DNA from: Lama guanicoe
Taxonomy: Eukaryota
Direction: 5' to 3'
DNA length: 64,000 bases
Assembly: GCA_013239625.1 (NCBI GenBank)
Contig: MU055008.1
Coordinates: 5,517,401-5,581,400, forward strand
Part shown: piece after piece, positions 51,110-64,000 of the stretch
How the letters are laid out: the number at the start of each line of letters is the position of its first letter
How positions within the stretch are numbered: position 1 is the first letter of the stretch
Position numbers and translations under genes: made by a program
Notes under the pieces: generated by a model
Database searches by the model: none
What the model was told of the DNA's origin: nothing
What the model saw: the letters and a program-made list of their open reading frames with translations, nothing else

Positions 51110-51780
51110 AAAATTTTAATGGACTTTATTATTTTTTTAGAGCAGTTTCAGGTTTACAGCAGAATTGAGCAGAAAATACAGAGAGTTCTCACGTAGCCCT
51201 CCCCATCCACACATATATACTCTCCTACCCTCAACATCCCTCATCAATGTGGCATATTTGGTACAATCGATGAACCAACATGGACACATTGTTATCAACC
51301 TAAGTCCATAGTTTACATTAGGGTTCACTGTTGATGTTGTATATTCTATGGTATTTGACAAATGCATAATGACATGTAGCCACCACTATAGCATCATACA
51401 GAATCATTTCATTGCCCTAAAAATTCCCTGTGCTCCATCTATTCATCCCTCCCTCCCTCCCTCTCCCCAAACCCCTGGAAACCAGGATCTTTTTATTGTT
51501 TCTGTAGCTGTGCCTTTTCCGGAATGTCGTTTGTTTGGAATCATAAGTTTGCATCCTTTTCACACTGACTTCTTTCATTTAGTAATATGTCTTTTAAGTT
51601 TCTTCCATGTCTTTCATGGCTTGATAGCTCTTTTTTTTTTTTTTTCACTGTCGGACACTTAAAAATTTTTAACACCTTTATTGTGGTATGATTCCTGTGC
51701 AGTAAACTACGCATATTTCAGATGTACAATTTGATGAATTTTGATAGATGTGTACACCCGTGAAACCACCACGTCCATCA
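51110..51780 (-). mobile_element. L1MC-like 3' fragments
   Basis: ttttagagcagtttcaggtttacagcagaattgagc...ccatagtttacattagggttcac. Confidence 0.8.
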
Positions 51781-54700
51781 CTGAAGTTTTTCGAGGCCAT
51801 CCGTTTCTGTTATCCGTCTTCCAAGGCGCACAGTGCTGAACACAGTGTCAAACTCGAATGGGGGCTTCATTAATGATTATTAAATGAAAGGAAAGGAGGA
51901 ATGCCCCTCTCCCCCTTGAGGCGACCACTCCTTGACGGCTCCAAGCATCCCTCCCGTCTAGAACCTGCCCAGCTCCTGCTTGAAGCTCAAGAAAGCCCCT
52001 AGGTGGGAGAAGCAAAGGGGCCGTCGTGATGTCACCTGGGGTCTTGAGCCGGACAGAGACAGCAGTGTCCGACAGGTTTTAGAACTTGCCTCAAACTTCA
52101 AAATTCCCTGTTGCCTTCCCAAGAATAAAACCTCCCCAGATTTGTTTCTTGGGAGGTTTACGTTTATATTTAGATGAGGCTCCTGTTCAGGAGGGACTCG
52201 TCACTCAGGAGCAGGCTTCATTCCACACCAGACCTCAGCATCTCTGAAGAGGGGGCAGTGGCTGCGGGAGTGGGAGAGAGGAATTTGCCTGAGAGATTGT
52301 CCTCTATTCCCAAATAAGTTCTGTCTCTCTTTCCCAGCCAGACTCTCTATAAAAGGGAAAACTGGACAAAGGCAGTGGGAAAGGAGCGCGTCCTGGCAAC
52401 TTTCTGTGAAACGCGTCCACCATGCTGTTTACAAATTCCTGCAGCCAGCCCCAGAGTCCAAATGTAGACGACTCTGTTTATGTAACTAAAATAGACGCTT
52501 ATACCGTGTGATTAAGGTGGCTACTGGGAGTTGGGCCACGGTCGGGAGATATTTGTTGCTGCTGAGGCCAGAGCGAGGCTCAGGGCACAGGATCCCCTGG
52601 AACCCTGAGCAGATATAAATTTTTTTAAAGATCAGTTTTCTGGTCTAGAAACCTCCCCGGGTGGGCACGTCTAAAACGCAGGGGAGATGTCACAACCTGG
52701 CATCCTTGGTCTGCTCTCCGTCACAGAGGATGGAGTTCTTCACGGAAGAGGGACCAGCCCAGCACTGGCCCCTCCCAGCCAGCTCCTCTCTCAGCGCCGT
52801 GTTTGGAATGGGGCCCCCATCCTGCACCAACAGGCGAAGACTTGTTCCAACATATGGTTCCAATCAGCCACCCACCGCCTGGGCCAGTAAGGAGGCGCAA
52901 TTGTTCTAGGGTGAGGAGACATTCAGCCCAATAAAACGTTGCCTCGGAACTCCGGTCTCGGAGTCAGCCTGCACTACCTGCCCGAGGACCCCCGGCCTCA
53001 CGACTGCAGTGGCATCCCCCACGAGACTCATTCGAGTCTCACTTCCTCTCCGAGCTTTCTCCAGCTCCTCCTCACCTGGAAGAAGTCATGGCTCCCTCCT
53101 TGGGGTAATGAGGTCACCCCTTTCCAGGCCCATCCACCCCCAACTCCTAGGTGAGCTCCTTGGAGTCAAGGTCCGTGACCCATCATCATCTTGCAGCCGC
53201 CTGGGCCCTGGCAGGGTGTCCAATGGGGCAGTTCTTTTGGGAAATGGCTGGTCTTGCCGAGTCAGGGAAAACAGCATCCAGGGGCCACCAGATGGGAGCA
53301 GGAGCAGTGATTCAGCACTCTGCCTCAATTCACCCCATCGACTCCCTGCGTCGGGAAGAAACAGGCCCCTATTCTCGTGGCTCATGAGGCAGGGAGAGGC
53401 CGCCTGCTGCCCACTGCAGCTCACCTGGCGCCGGACTGCCCAGCACTGTCCCGCGTGCTCCAGCCTCCCTAGAGTTCAGCTGTTGGAAGGCGCCATGGGT
53501 CTCGGGGACCTCTGCACACTGTTTGCTCTCCTGAGACCTGCTGTCCCACCACCCAGAACCATTCTCTGCCTCATCCTACTCACCGTTCAGCTCGCCACTT
53601 AACACTCAAGGAAGTTAGGGACAACTTCCTGACAGCACCTCCCGAAGGTCTAGATTATATCTCCTTCTTAGATGTTTGCACCACATCCTGGATGCTGCTT
53701 GAGCATCTTACGTGCACTCACTCCCCTCTTGAGGGGTGAAGCTGGGTTTTATCCCCTGAGCGTCCTCACCGAGCACTGGCCACACATACTCGGTCATTCC
53801 TTTGATAATTTGTTTACGTTCTACTTTCCGGTGTCACTCCCAGACAGCAGGACATCCGTCTTCCTCTCCACTGTCATCCCAATGCCCAGCCCGGTTGCCG
53901 GGCTTACTAGGAATGAATGAACTGATGAATGGATAAACTAATTAATCAACCGAAGGACTTAGGAGAGAGGGAGCCTTTGCGCAACTAACTAGAATTAAGG
54001 TTACCTTGAGGCAAGACCAAACTGGAATTCGTCCGTGGCCCCCCACCAAAGGTGCTTCCAGGGGACAAAGGGTGACTGTTCTGTGCCCGAATGAATGGGA
54101 TCATATAAGGCAATGGGTCAGAGGAGAAAAGGCAACAGAAAAAAACTTTGAATGTCTTTTTCTCGTTTCCTTTGGAAAAAGTAAACTCGAGGGTTCTTCA
54201 CTGAGTTCTTAAGGGGACGCAGGCAGCTGCGGCAGGTAACAGGAGGAAGACAGGCTCTCGACAGCCAACGTCTCTGATCTCAGAGGCAGACTCCAGGAGA
54301 AGGAGGCCCCGCTGAAGTCACACTTGGATGCCAGACTCCCGGTGCGGGCAGGGCGCCGCGGCTGCCAGGACCAGCTCAGGCACACACAGGGGCATTCACA
54401 GCCCTGGGGCCACAGCCCCTCCTGCCCGCCCTGTGCGCCCCCAGCAGCAAACAGGACTTTGTCTCGGGTCCTGAGTCAAGCCTGCATAGAATTAACTGTA
54501 ATAATTGGCAGGTGGGCCGTTGGCTTCTGGGTTTCAATTCACCAGGGGCTCATGAAAAAAAAAAAAAAGAAGAAAGACTGGATGTTCTGCTGTAGCCAGT
54601 ATTTAGCTTGGGCTCTGAGAAGTCTCAGCTTTCCATGACAAGAAACAAACTGTGTGGCTGCAGCTGCCCTGGGCAAACAAGAGCTCCAGAACAGCCTGGG

Positions 54701-56219
54701 AGAGAGAGGCCCTTGCTGGCCCACGACCAGTGTGCTCCTTGGGGAAAGAGGAGGAAACAGCCCCTGACCTGCTGCCCTTCTCAGGAGCACAGATAATGGG
54801 GAAGAAAAGGGTCTTTCTGAAAGTTTTTTTTCTTGGATGGAATGGAGTGGCCATCACCTCCGAAGATTTTTCCATGGCATCAATGCCTTTGTCATCCTTT
54901 ACAAGAATTCCTACGATAATAGGGGCGCTCATCCCAGCCCACTACCGAGCCACCATGTAATAGTGTCTACTGCCCGCAGGATGGGGATCAGCCTCCACTC
55001 CTGTACTTCTGCTACATGTCCAGTGCAGACGTCCCTTGTCAACAGTGAGTATCTTTTCTACCGAGCCTGAGACATGGACTCAGGATCCTCAACGCTGCAC
55101 CGCAGGAAGCCACTACAAGTGAACAGGAGTTGCCATGAGAGCTGAAAAATATTTGCCGCTTCTATTTTAGTAACTCAGAAGAGGCCAAAGTTACGATCTC
55201 ATCGAAGTTCCCGTGAAGACAGGAATCCAGGGGTGGCCAGCTACAGGACTGTGGCTCTGATGCCAGTTACTGCCCAAATACAGACCCCTTATCAGAGTGG
55301 GCTCCGATGATCGTCGGGGAGAGGGCACACTGGGCAGGATTTCAGTGGAGAGCCAGGCACAGTGGCCCAACGCTGGGACGGCCAATGCCAAGGGCACGTC
55401 CTTTCTGTTTGCTGCACCTGCACTTGAGGCTTGTCCTTCAGCTGGAGATTCTGCCTGTGGTCTGCTACAGCAGGGACAGAGCAGCCACCATCCTGAAGTG
55501 CTTTCTTGGGGACAGTGGCCCCGTTGACAGTGATTCAGGCCATGTGTTTCTCCCTCACTCTTTCTCAGCAGGCCTGTTTGCCCTCCTTTTCGCAGGAAGC
55601 TGATGTAGCGCTGGTGTGGGGTGAATCTGGCCTCCAGGGCTGGGAAACACTGAAGAAGTGGCTTCCCTTGGGGTCAGGACCACATTCTTGCCCGAGGAGA
55701 AGGGCCTTAATTCAGGGTCCAGGTAACGCCAACCATCCCTTCACGGATGATGATTCTTGGACTTCCTCCCAATGGGCTTTGGGACGATGTCTCCTTCTAA
55801 ATTCCCTTTCCCAGCCCTATGTTCAGTACCTCAGAGGTCACAGCCTGAAGCGGTTACGCTGGTGCCTCCCACTTCTCTGCCCCAGGCCAGTGAGGAAGCT
55901 CCTCTGCCAAGGCTGGGGGCCGGGGCCCGAGCTCTCACCACCTGCTCTAAGGAGGGCCACCTTGGCAGCCCCTCCCTCCCCCCCCACCTCGCTGAATGGT
56001 GGGAGGGCTAACTGCTTGGGTTCTGGGGAGACCACTTTTGCTCTCCAAATCTGCTTCCTCACCTGCAAAATGGGAATAATGATACCACCTCCTAGCATTG
56101 CTGTGAGGACAAAATGAGATCGTCTGTGTAAAATGCCCAGCGCACAGTAAGCATCAATGGATACAGGCTATCATTAGTGCAGGGCAGAAATTTCAGCTAC
56201 AGCAGTACTCCTGAGGATT

Positions 56220-56918
56220 TTTTTTAAATTGTGGTAAAATACGCATAGCATAAAATATACTATTTTGAAGTGTATAATTCAGTAGCGTTAAGTATCTGCA
56301 CAGTGTTGTGTAACCGCTACCTTGATCTAGTCCCAGAATTTTTCATCGCCCCAAACGGAAACCCTGTGCCCAGTACGCAGTCTCTCTCTATCCCTCCCTC
56401 CCCACACCCAGCCCCTGGCAAGCTCTCATCTGCTTTCTGTGTCTATGGATTTGCCTACTCCAGTTATTTCAAATAAACAGAATCATGTAATATGTGGTCT
56501 TTTGTGTCTGGTTTCTTCACTTAGTACAATGTTTCCCAGCACCATGTTTCATTCATGCAGTAACATACATCAGTATTTCATTCTTTCTATGGCTAAATAA
56601 TATTCCATTGTATGGATACATTACATTTTGTTAATCTGCTCATCTGTTGATTGACGTCTGGGTTCTTTTGTCATCTGGGCTATTGTGTGCCATGAATATT
56701 TGTGAACAAGGTTTTGTTTCAACACCTGTTTTCAGTTTGAAGGGGTTTACATCTATTCTTGGGTCACATGTGGTTCTATAATTAACTGATTGAGAAATCA
56801 CCAAACTGTTTTCCACAGTGGCCACACCATTGTACATTCCAATCAGCAATGAATGAGGGCTCTAATTTTTCCACATCCTCACCAACACATTTTTCCCCCT
56901 TTTTAAAAAGTCTTGGCC
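56220..56918 (-). mobile_element. L1MB-like 3' fragment
   Basis: ttttaaattgtggtaaaatac...ggctaaataatattccattgtatggatac...ccacatcctcaccaacac. Confidence 0.85.
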
Positions 56919-57790
56919 NNNNNNNNNNNNNNNNNNNNNNNNNNNNNNNNNNNNNNNNNNNNNNNNNNNNNNNNNNNNNNNNNNNNNNNNNNNNNNNNNN
57001 NNNNNNNNNNNNNNNNNNNNNNNNNNNNNNNNNNNNNNNNNNNNNNNNNNNNNNNNNNNNNNNNNNNNNNNNNNNNNNNNNNNNNNNNNNNNNNNNNNNN
57101 NNNAATTTTAGGTCATATTCTAACCAATGGGGTCAGGAAAAAGACTCAAAGGACATGAAATTGTGTGTGTTGGGGGCCAGTATTCAAATTCCCTGTACAA
57201 CCTGGATTTGCAAGAAGTAAATCTAGTTCCTTTATTTGGTCTACAATTTGTCTTCCTTTTAGACCTTTACTGCTGGTGAATAGGAAAAGGATTAATTTTT
57301 AACCCAATATGCTTTATAATTTAGATCCCCAAATTTAAACATCCCTCTCAGTTATGCTCGGTCTTTCTGGGAAAAAACGAAACAAACTCAAATTCTAAGT
57401 ATCTGAGATTTCTCTCCCTGGCCCCATGGTGGTCATGACCTCTGAGAGTGTGGGCCAGCCATGGTTTGCTAGCGTCCTTGGTGTGGTGACTTCTGCCTCC
57501 ACTGGTCCTGGGCAGTGTCCCTTGTCTGCCAGTTGAGCCTCACCAGACTGGAAATGGTGGCCAAAGGCTGTGGCCATGTGGTCAGTCTTCTCCTCTTGGC
57601 TCCATCAAAGGCCATTTGCTTCCAGTGACTCGGCCTCTCCTGTGAGGTCTGGCTGTGACTTCCTTGGCCCCACTCCAGCCAGGCCCTTAGCTCCTCCCTA
57701 GCCTCACCTTCACCACAGGTGTACCAAGGGCAGCTCAGGAAAGCTAAAGCCCCAGGGCCTTCCTGCCAAACCGCCCCACACCACTGTGCT

Positions 57791-57828
57791 CTCAGGGGTG
57801 AACTGCCCCCTCAGGGGTGAACTGCCCC
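57791..57828. repeat. Perfect 19-bp tandem duplication
   Basis: ctcaggggtgaactgcccc occurs twice in tandem. Confidence 0.95.
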
Positions 57829-60800
57829 CAGGCCAGCTGCCGCATCCTCTCAGAGCCCCACAGAGGGAGCAGGGGGAGCAGCATCCTGGTGCCTCAGAGG
57901 AGGGAGGGTTCAGGAGGTGGCAGCTAAGCCAGTCCTTGAGGGATGGGGTGGAGACTCTGGCTTCCGATTGTCCTCACAGCACCTGACATAGTGTTAGACA
58001 GGGAGGAGGTGCTCAAGCCACAGGCTGAGCTGACTGAGAGATGAGAGCCCTGGGACGCGGAAGGACACGGCTCAATGGCTGTTTCTCTCTGAATCAGAGG
58101 AACTTTCAAATGGCACCCACAAGCCCATCTCTTCCACTGCCTGTGAGCTCCCCCAGCTGACAGTTCACAAAATGGCAAACGTAGAGGGTTGATACTTATA
58201 ACCCCTCCGGCCAGTCTTACAGGTTAGAAGAAGGTATATCCCCTCCTCTTGAGAGCTAATTCTCCTACCTGCGCTCTTAATTTCCATTCCTTCATCTCCT
58301 TTAAGATCTAGACCTTGATCCCAGGAGCTTCAAAGAGAAGATGTTCTGCTCAGAGCTACAGAGAAGTGGTTGACCAGTTGGCTTATTGCTGGCTGCAATA
58401 AGCAGAAACTGTTGAACCATCCCTTGCTGACTGACTTTGCCACTGCCTGACAAATGCTCTCATCCTGATCTAACTGCCAGTGGACCACAAAATCAGGAGC
58501 ATTTAAGGATCTCTGTGATGAGGAGGAGAAAGACCAAGCCTCTGGCCCAAGTGGCCCCCCTTGGAGGAGGGCGAAAGAAAGAGCTTGAAGAAACAAGTAA
58601 TGAGGATGCTCAGAAGACACAATTAGAGTCTGAGAAAAGGACTTCCTGGAACTAAAAGAAAACTAGCCATCATTTTAAAAACTTAGGGAATAAACTGAAA
58701 AAAAAGGAGGATCACTGCTGAGTACTGAATTAGAGGTCCTGAAGATCAAGGGAAAGTAATATTTCATCGTGTGAAAACACCTGCCTTCTCATGATCCATC
58801 TGTCTCTGGACCCTCTTAGCCCTGCATCTAAAGACATGTGTGGCCCTGGACCCAGTGCCCAATTGTTCTGATTTTCTTGGTTCTTCCTTTCATACTTGAG
58901 CCCTGGCCAGCCTGGGCTCCTTCACACCAACAAACACTTCCTGTGCCTTTACTTTGAGCCTGGAACTGTACTTGGCATTGAAATGCAATGGTAGTGTGTT
59001 TCCTCTCCTCAAGGAGCCTAAGTTGGGAGTGAGTTGAATTTGCTCCACTGGGTTGAGTCTCCCCAGGTCTTTGTTCTTTGCTGATTCACAAGGGAAGTCA
59101 TGAGATTATAAAAGATTGTATGCATTTCTTCCTAGGGGCCCCTTTACAAAGAGGTGACCTGACACTATATCCTTAGGTTTCCATGACAACTCCAGGATGG
59201 CATATCCTGTGACCCAGCTGAGGTTCTTCTGAGACAAGATGGTTGACGTGGCCTCCCCTCCACCCATCCCAGCTCCCTTTCCCTCCACTTGCACCCACTC
59301 TCCACGTAAGCCCCCACCCATTTCATCCCAGTCGCAGCGGATGTGAGGATGCCCTTACCCTCAGGAACATGTTCTATATTTGAATTTCAACTCTCCCCTT
59401 GGGCTTGCCTTCCAAAGACAATGGAAGCAGGTTCCAAAGGCAGGCCCCCTTGAAGCAGTGTCACCCAGGTGGGACAAGGGACTGTTTGAGGTTAAGAACC
59501 AAAGAAAGAACTGAAAGAGGGAACTCCTCAAATTGGAGGATTTCCCCCTTTTTCTCTGGTGTCTTTCTGGTAAGGAGAGAGAGATGGGGATATAGAAAGC
59601 TTTGAGGGAAGCCAGCAGAAGTCCCAGGGAGGAATGGAGAGGTGACCCCTACAGGAAGAACTGTGAAGGGCCACCACCCCTGCAGTGCCAGGGTCTGAGG
59701 GATACACAGTGGGGCTGGAACACGGCCACTTTGGACAAAGCACCACGTGGCTGCAGAGCTAATGCATTTGCATGTCCAAGGGCACCTGGCTGGGGAAAAG
59801 GATACAATTTCCCAGGTGCTCAATGACTCTGAGTGACATCAGACACCCTGTAGCACAAGGTAATAAGCACACACTCCTGGCTTGTTTGCCATTTTCCCTC
59901 CCCTCCTTGCCATCCCAAAGCCCCCCTCTCTGATTCCCATTCCACCTGTCTTGTGAGAAACTTGACTTTCCCCAACCTCAAAGCTTCTTCTCAATCCCAG
60001 AGGACAAGAAACAAGACCATGGGTCACCCCTCCTTCCTGCTCCCCGAGATATACAGTCGAGTCGGAGCAAAGGCCCCAGAGGCCCAAATGAGGAAATGTC
60101 AAGGCACCCAGGGCAGCACAAGGCCACCTTGCCAACACTGGCCAAGGTCCGGGCCAAAGGACAGAAAGAAACAAGCTTTCCATGGCGAGCGTCTTCAAGG
60201 ATTTGCACTCCTGCCCAGTTGACAAAAGCCCCAAAGTGCTGGCCCGGGGAGGGAGCGCCAGCTTTCTGTTTAGTCTGGCACTGTTCTACCAGGCCTGCAA
60301 GGATCAGCAAGCTGTGAGTGTGGATTTCAAGGCCCCTGAGTACCCATGTTTATCTTCAGGCTCAGATCCAGGAGCTCAGCAATGCGTCCGTTTCAAAATA
60401 ATCATTACAACAATAGCCCGCCCACGGTCAGACGCAGACTTTGGAATCCATGTCAAAGTACAGTAGAACAAAACACCTTAAGAGAGGGCAGTTTTACCTA
60501 ACAGCTCTGGTGCACGAGGAGTGGAATTTACCCTAAGAATTCTCAGAATCCATGTGGGCCTCGAGCACCTCGGTGAGAAGGGGATGTGAAGACAGTACAA
60601 TTGGAAGAGTCAATTAGGGAAATGACTGGAGCATAATGCTTTGCAAAATTGACTGTTTCAGCTGGTTCTGGTCATCGGACAATGGAAGGACCAGCATTTG
60701 GATATTCAATTACCTCCTGAAGCCGAGGACTAGTTGAATGTATTTGGTTCCGGAAATATCCCAATGGAGCAAGAGAAAAATGGGACAAAAGGTTTTGGCA

Positions 60801-63652
60801 GAGGCCAAGCCGTTCTCCCAGCTGCAGAAATGAAAGACGAATCCCAGAGCACCCCCACCCCGCCAACCCCAGCCCCAGTTCCCAGATGGCCGTAGGAGAA
60901 TGCGTGAAGCAGGGCTTAACAGCAGCCTGGCTGGTAGCAAGAGGCAGTCACAAGCCCCCAGGAAGACCCCTTGGGTCCACCCAACCTACCCCTTACAGCA
61001 CACCCTCTCATTTCACTAAGACAAGAAATACCGAAACAACTCTTCTGACAGTTGGTGCCAGGCACCCAGGCACGTACCAGTCAACTTCCCTGCCTCCCTA
61101 GAGAAAAATGCCAACTTCCCAACCACACACTGACATTCCTGGCAGAAAAAAGACCTTGTTATTCCACCTGAACCAACGAGAAACAAAGCCAGTCAAGAAA
61201 TTTGCCTATTGGGATTGCAAAGCTTTGAATGCCATCAGTCATGTGGAAAATGTTGAGCTGAGCCTGGCACTGTCCTCCGAGATCTTCGTGCAAACAACTA
61301 GAGGCTGCTGAGCGCTTTCAAGCCCACATGGAGGGGGAAGTGCTAATCACAGAACCAGGCCCTGGCCTCCTCTGATGGCCCTAATGAGGACCAGGTGACC
61401 GCAGATGAAGGCGACCACACTGTGCTTGTGTTTGTTAAATCTGAGATTGCTGCAAAGCCTGGAATGAATGAATCTGCAAACAAGCAAATCTATCTGTCCA
61501 GGAGCTGGAAAGAATAGGATGTGGAAAGGGGCGGGGGAGTGTCACCAATTACTTGTGGTTCTCAGAGAGCCAAGAATTATGCTTGGAAGTACAACTTCAG
61601 AGCATCTGGAGAAGTCTTCGTTCAGCATCCTAGGTCTTCTGGATAATGTCAAAATCATTCAGACTGTCCAAGCCAGGCCAGATGGAGGCAATACTGTGTA
61701 GTGTGCAGACTTGTCTCGGACTCCACTCTGCCTTCTCCCTGCTTCTTGTCCACCTTCCTGCTGGTCCATATGCCCGTCTCCTCCTCTTCCACCACCACCA
61801 CCACCACCAAGAACAGCTTAGGGTCTTCCCTCCTCCCCCGTCCAAATCTGCTCCTAGGAAAGGATCTGATACACTAGCTTTGCCCCATCACAGGTCAAGT
61901 GTTAGTGTACTGGCCTCCTTTGCTGGGGCTCAGTGTCCTCCCCTGCATAAGGAGGGGTAGCAACCACTTAGGGGACTCGGATGCTCCTGCCGTCTTGATC
62001 GGCCCATGGGCAGCAGGTCTGCGTGCGCCCCTGAGAAGGAGCTGGGCTTATTTATGAAGATGTAGTGATTCCACAGGCAGCTTGCTTCTCGGATCCTGAG
62101 AGATGTTGCACCACTTCTGTGGATCAGCCTCCAGGAAGGCCAGCTGGGCGGGGGTGAGGGTCTGCTGGGCCCTGGGGATCAGGACACAAGCTGTCACTCT
62201 GACAGTGCCTGTGGGAGCATCTTGGTGCCACATGGATGATTTGATAGTACACATGCTAGGGCTTCTCCAGGTCCCTGCCCGGACTCCTTACACCCCGTCC
62301 TTCAGCTCCTGATTCCTCCACGAGGCATTCCTGGGTCCCCCCAGCCCCGCTTCCCCCCTCTTCTATGTCTCTCTTGGTGCCTGGCCCAGGTGTACCTCTG
62401 TGTTATTTCCCTGCAGGGGGTACTCTTCACACTGCAGTTTAGACAACAGTTAAGCTTTGCCAGGGGGAAGAGCGGCCCCTGGAGTTGTGCAAGGGAGCAG
62501 CCCTGCTTTATACTTTCAGTTCCTCCCGAGCAGAGCTGTGAGCACAGGAGAGACGGGAGAGTCCTCCGCAGCCAGTTTCCGTTCGCTCATCATCCTCACC
62601 CTCTCTCCCTCCCAGCAAGAGGCTCCTCCTCCCTGCCTCCAGCTGTCTGTATGGGGCTGGACCTCAGGAAGTGCCCCATCACCCCTGCTGACTTGGCCAG
62701 ATGAGAAGTCAAGGCTGCAAATGACCATTCCTTCTTATTCANNNNNNNNNNNNNNNNNNNNNNNNNNNNNNNNNNNNNNNNNNNNNNNNNNNNNNNNNNN
62801 NNNNNNNNNNNNNNNNNNNNNNNNNNNNNNNNNNNNNNNNNNNNNNNNNNNNNNNNNNNNNNNNNNNNNNNNNNNNNNNNNNNNNNNNNNNNNNNNNNNN
62901 NNNNNNNNNNNNNNNNNNNNNNNNNNNNNNNNNNNNNNNNNNNNNNNNNNNNNNNNNNNNNNNNNNNNNNNNNNNNNNNNNNNNNNNNNNNNNNNNNNNN
63001 NNNNNNNNTGGGTGTCTGAGAAAGAGTATTTTAAATAGCTTTTATACAGAATGAAGAATTTGAAAATATCCTTTAGGACAAAAAGCCTCTTTGAAGCCCA
63101 GTTCACAGAACCACAGAACATCGACACAATAGACACCCTGTTTACTGGCTACAAATTGTTTGCTTTGCTACTAATTGAACACAGAGAGAAGGCTTTTTGT
63201 GCCTAGGGTTGCGCGGATGTCAGCCTTGAAAAGAATTCAAGTAACCTCAGCCACATTCCATATCCTCCACCTCAACTATGTGCTAGGAATGGTGCTGTGT
63301 CGGGCGCAGCTCTCCCTGGGGTCCGACTTGGCCCTGAGCTGGTGTGGCAGGTCGCCGGGTCTCTCATTATAACTCTATTTTGGGCCCTGGGGTGAAGGAA
63401 ATGCATAGAGCAACTCAGTACTTTTAACCTAGAGAAAAGCCAAGATTCGGGGATGAAAGGGAGGGTGTGTAGGAAGAGGGAGAGCGAGATGCTTTCCGCG
63501 CAAAGCTTATGATGGATGCCTATTGTGGAATTCCTCGGGTACCACCCCCTCCCCTGCCCCCAGGGAAATACACCTTCCCTGTTTCCAAGAAGGGCTCTAA
63601 CTAGACTCCACGACCATGCTCATCCCCTCTCCCCCTCACTTCACTCTACTTA

Positions 63653-64000
63653 CTGTCGCTGCGGGCTGAACTGCATCGCTCCAAAACTCACAGGTTGAGT
63701 CCTTGACCCGCGGTGTGACACCCTCCGAATGTGACTATACTTGGAGATGGGGTCTTCAAAGGAGTGGTTCCGTTAAAATGAGGTCNNNNNNNNNNNNNNN
63801 NNNNNNNNNNNNNNNNNNNNNNNNNNNNNNNNNNNNNNNNNNNNNNNNNNNNNNNNNNNNNNNNNNNNNNNNNNNNNNNNNNNNNNNNNNNNNNNNNNNN
63901 NNNNNNNNNNNNNNNNNNNNNNNNNNNGACCCCTTGATCTTAAACTTTCAGCCTCCAGAAGTGTGAGAAAATAAATTTGATGTGTAAGCCACCCAGTCTG
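63653..64000 (+). mobile_element. MaLR LTR (MLT1-like), interrupted by a gap and the window end
   Basis: gggctgaactgc...gaatgtgactatacttggagatggggtc...cagcctccagaagtgtgagaaaataaattt. Confidence 0.75.

Noticed and set aside
53009-56117. Long ORFs of 197 aa (53009-53602) and 203 aa (55506-56117)
   Set aside because: Non-ATG starts, composition typical of GC-rich noncoding DNA, ends running into L2/MIR sequence, and no domain recognised.
61646-61960. ORF with a poly-His tract
   Set aside because: Translation of a (CAC)n microsatellite.
62457-63136. ORFs spanning N runs (also at about 2841-3389 and 56849-57220)
   Set aside because: Their length is an artefact of assembly gaps.

Overview
Mammalian genomic DNA, most likely camelid: it carries two Vic-1-type tRNA-Ala-derived SINEs. 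The window is syntenic with human 21q22.11-q22.12 in reverse orientation. It holds three protein-coding genes. FAM243A/C21orf140 is a single coding exon on the + strand (10066-10821). SMIM11 is on the - strand, with a CpG-island promoter near 28.2-29.2 kb and a 58-aa product split over two coding exons. KCNE2/MiRP1 is on the - strand (CDS 32742-33113, first exon near 38.75-38.9 kb). The rest is intronic or intergenic DNA rich in MaLR/ERV LTRs, L1, L2, MIR and DNA-transposon fossils, with four assembly gaps. Main finding: the 'uncharacterised' FAM243A protein shows, in order, the motif blocks of an IS630/Tc1-mariner (DDE_3) transposase catalytic domain. Its catalytic triad reads G/K/D and it has no DNA-binding domain, so it looks like a domesticated, catalytically dead transposase. 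Second finding: KCNE2 exon 1 has an ATG that splices in frame to the channel-subunit ORF, predicting an N-terminally extended isoform. Repeat-family names and cross-species comparisons come from recalled consensus sequences, not from database searches.
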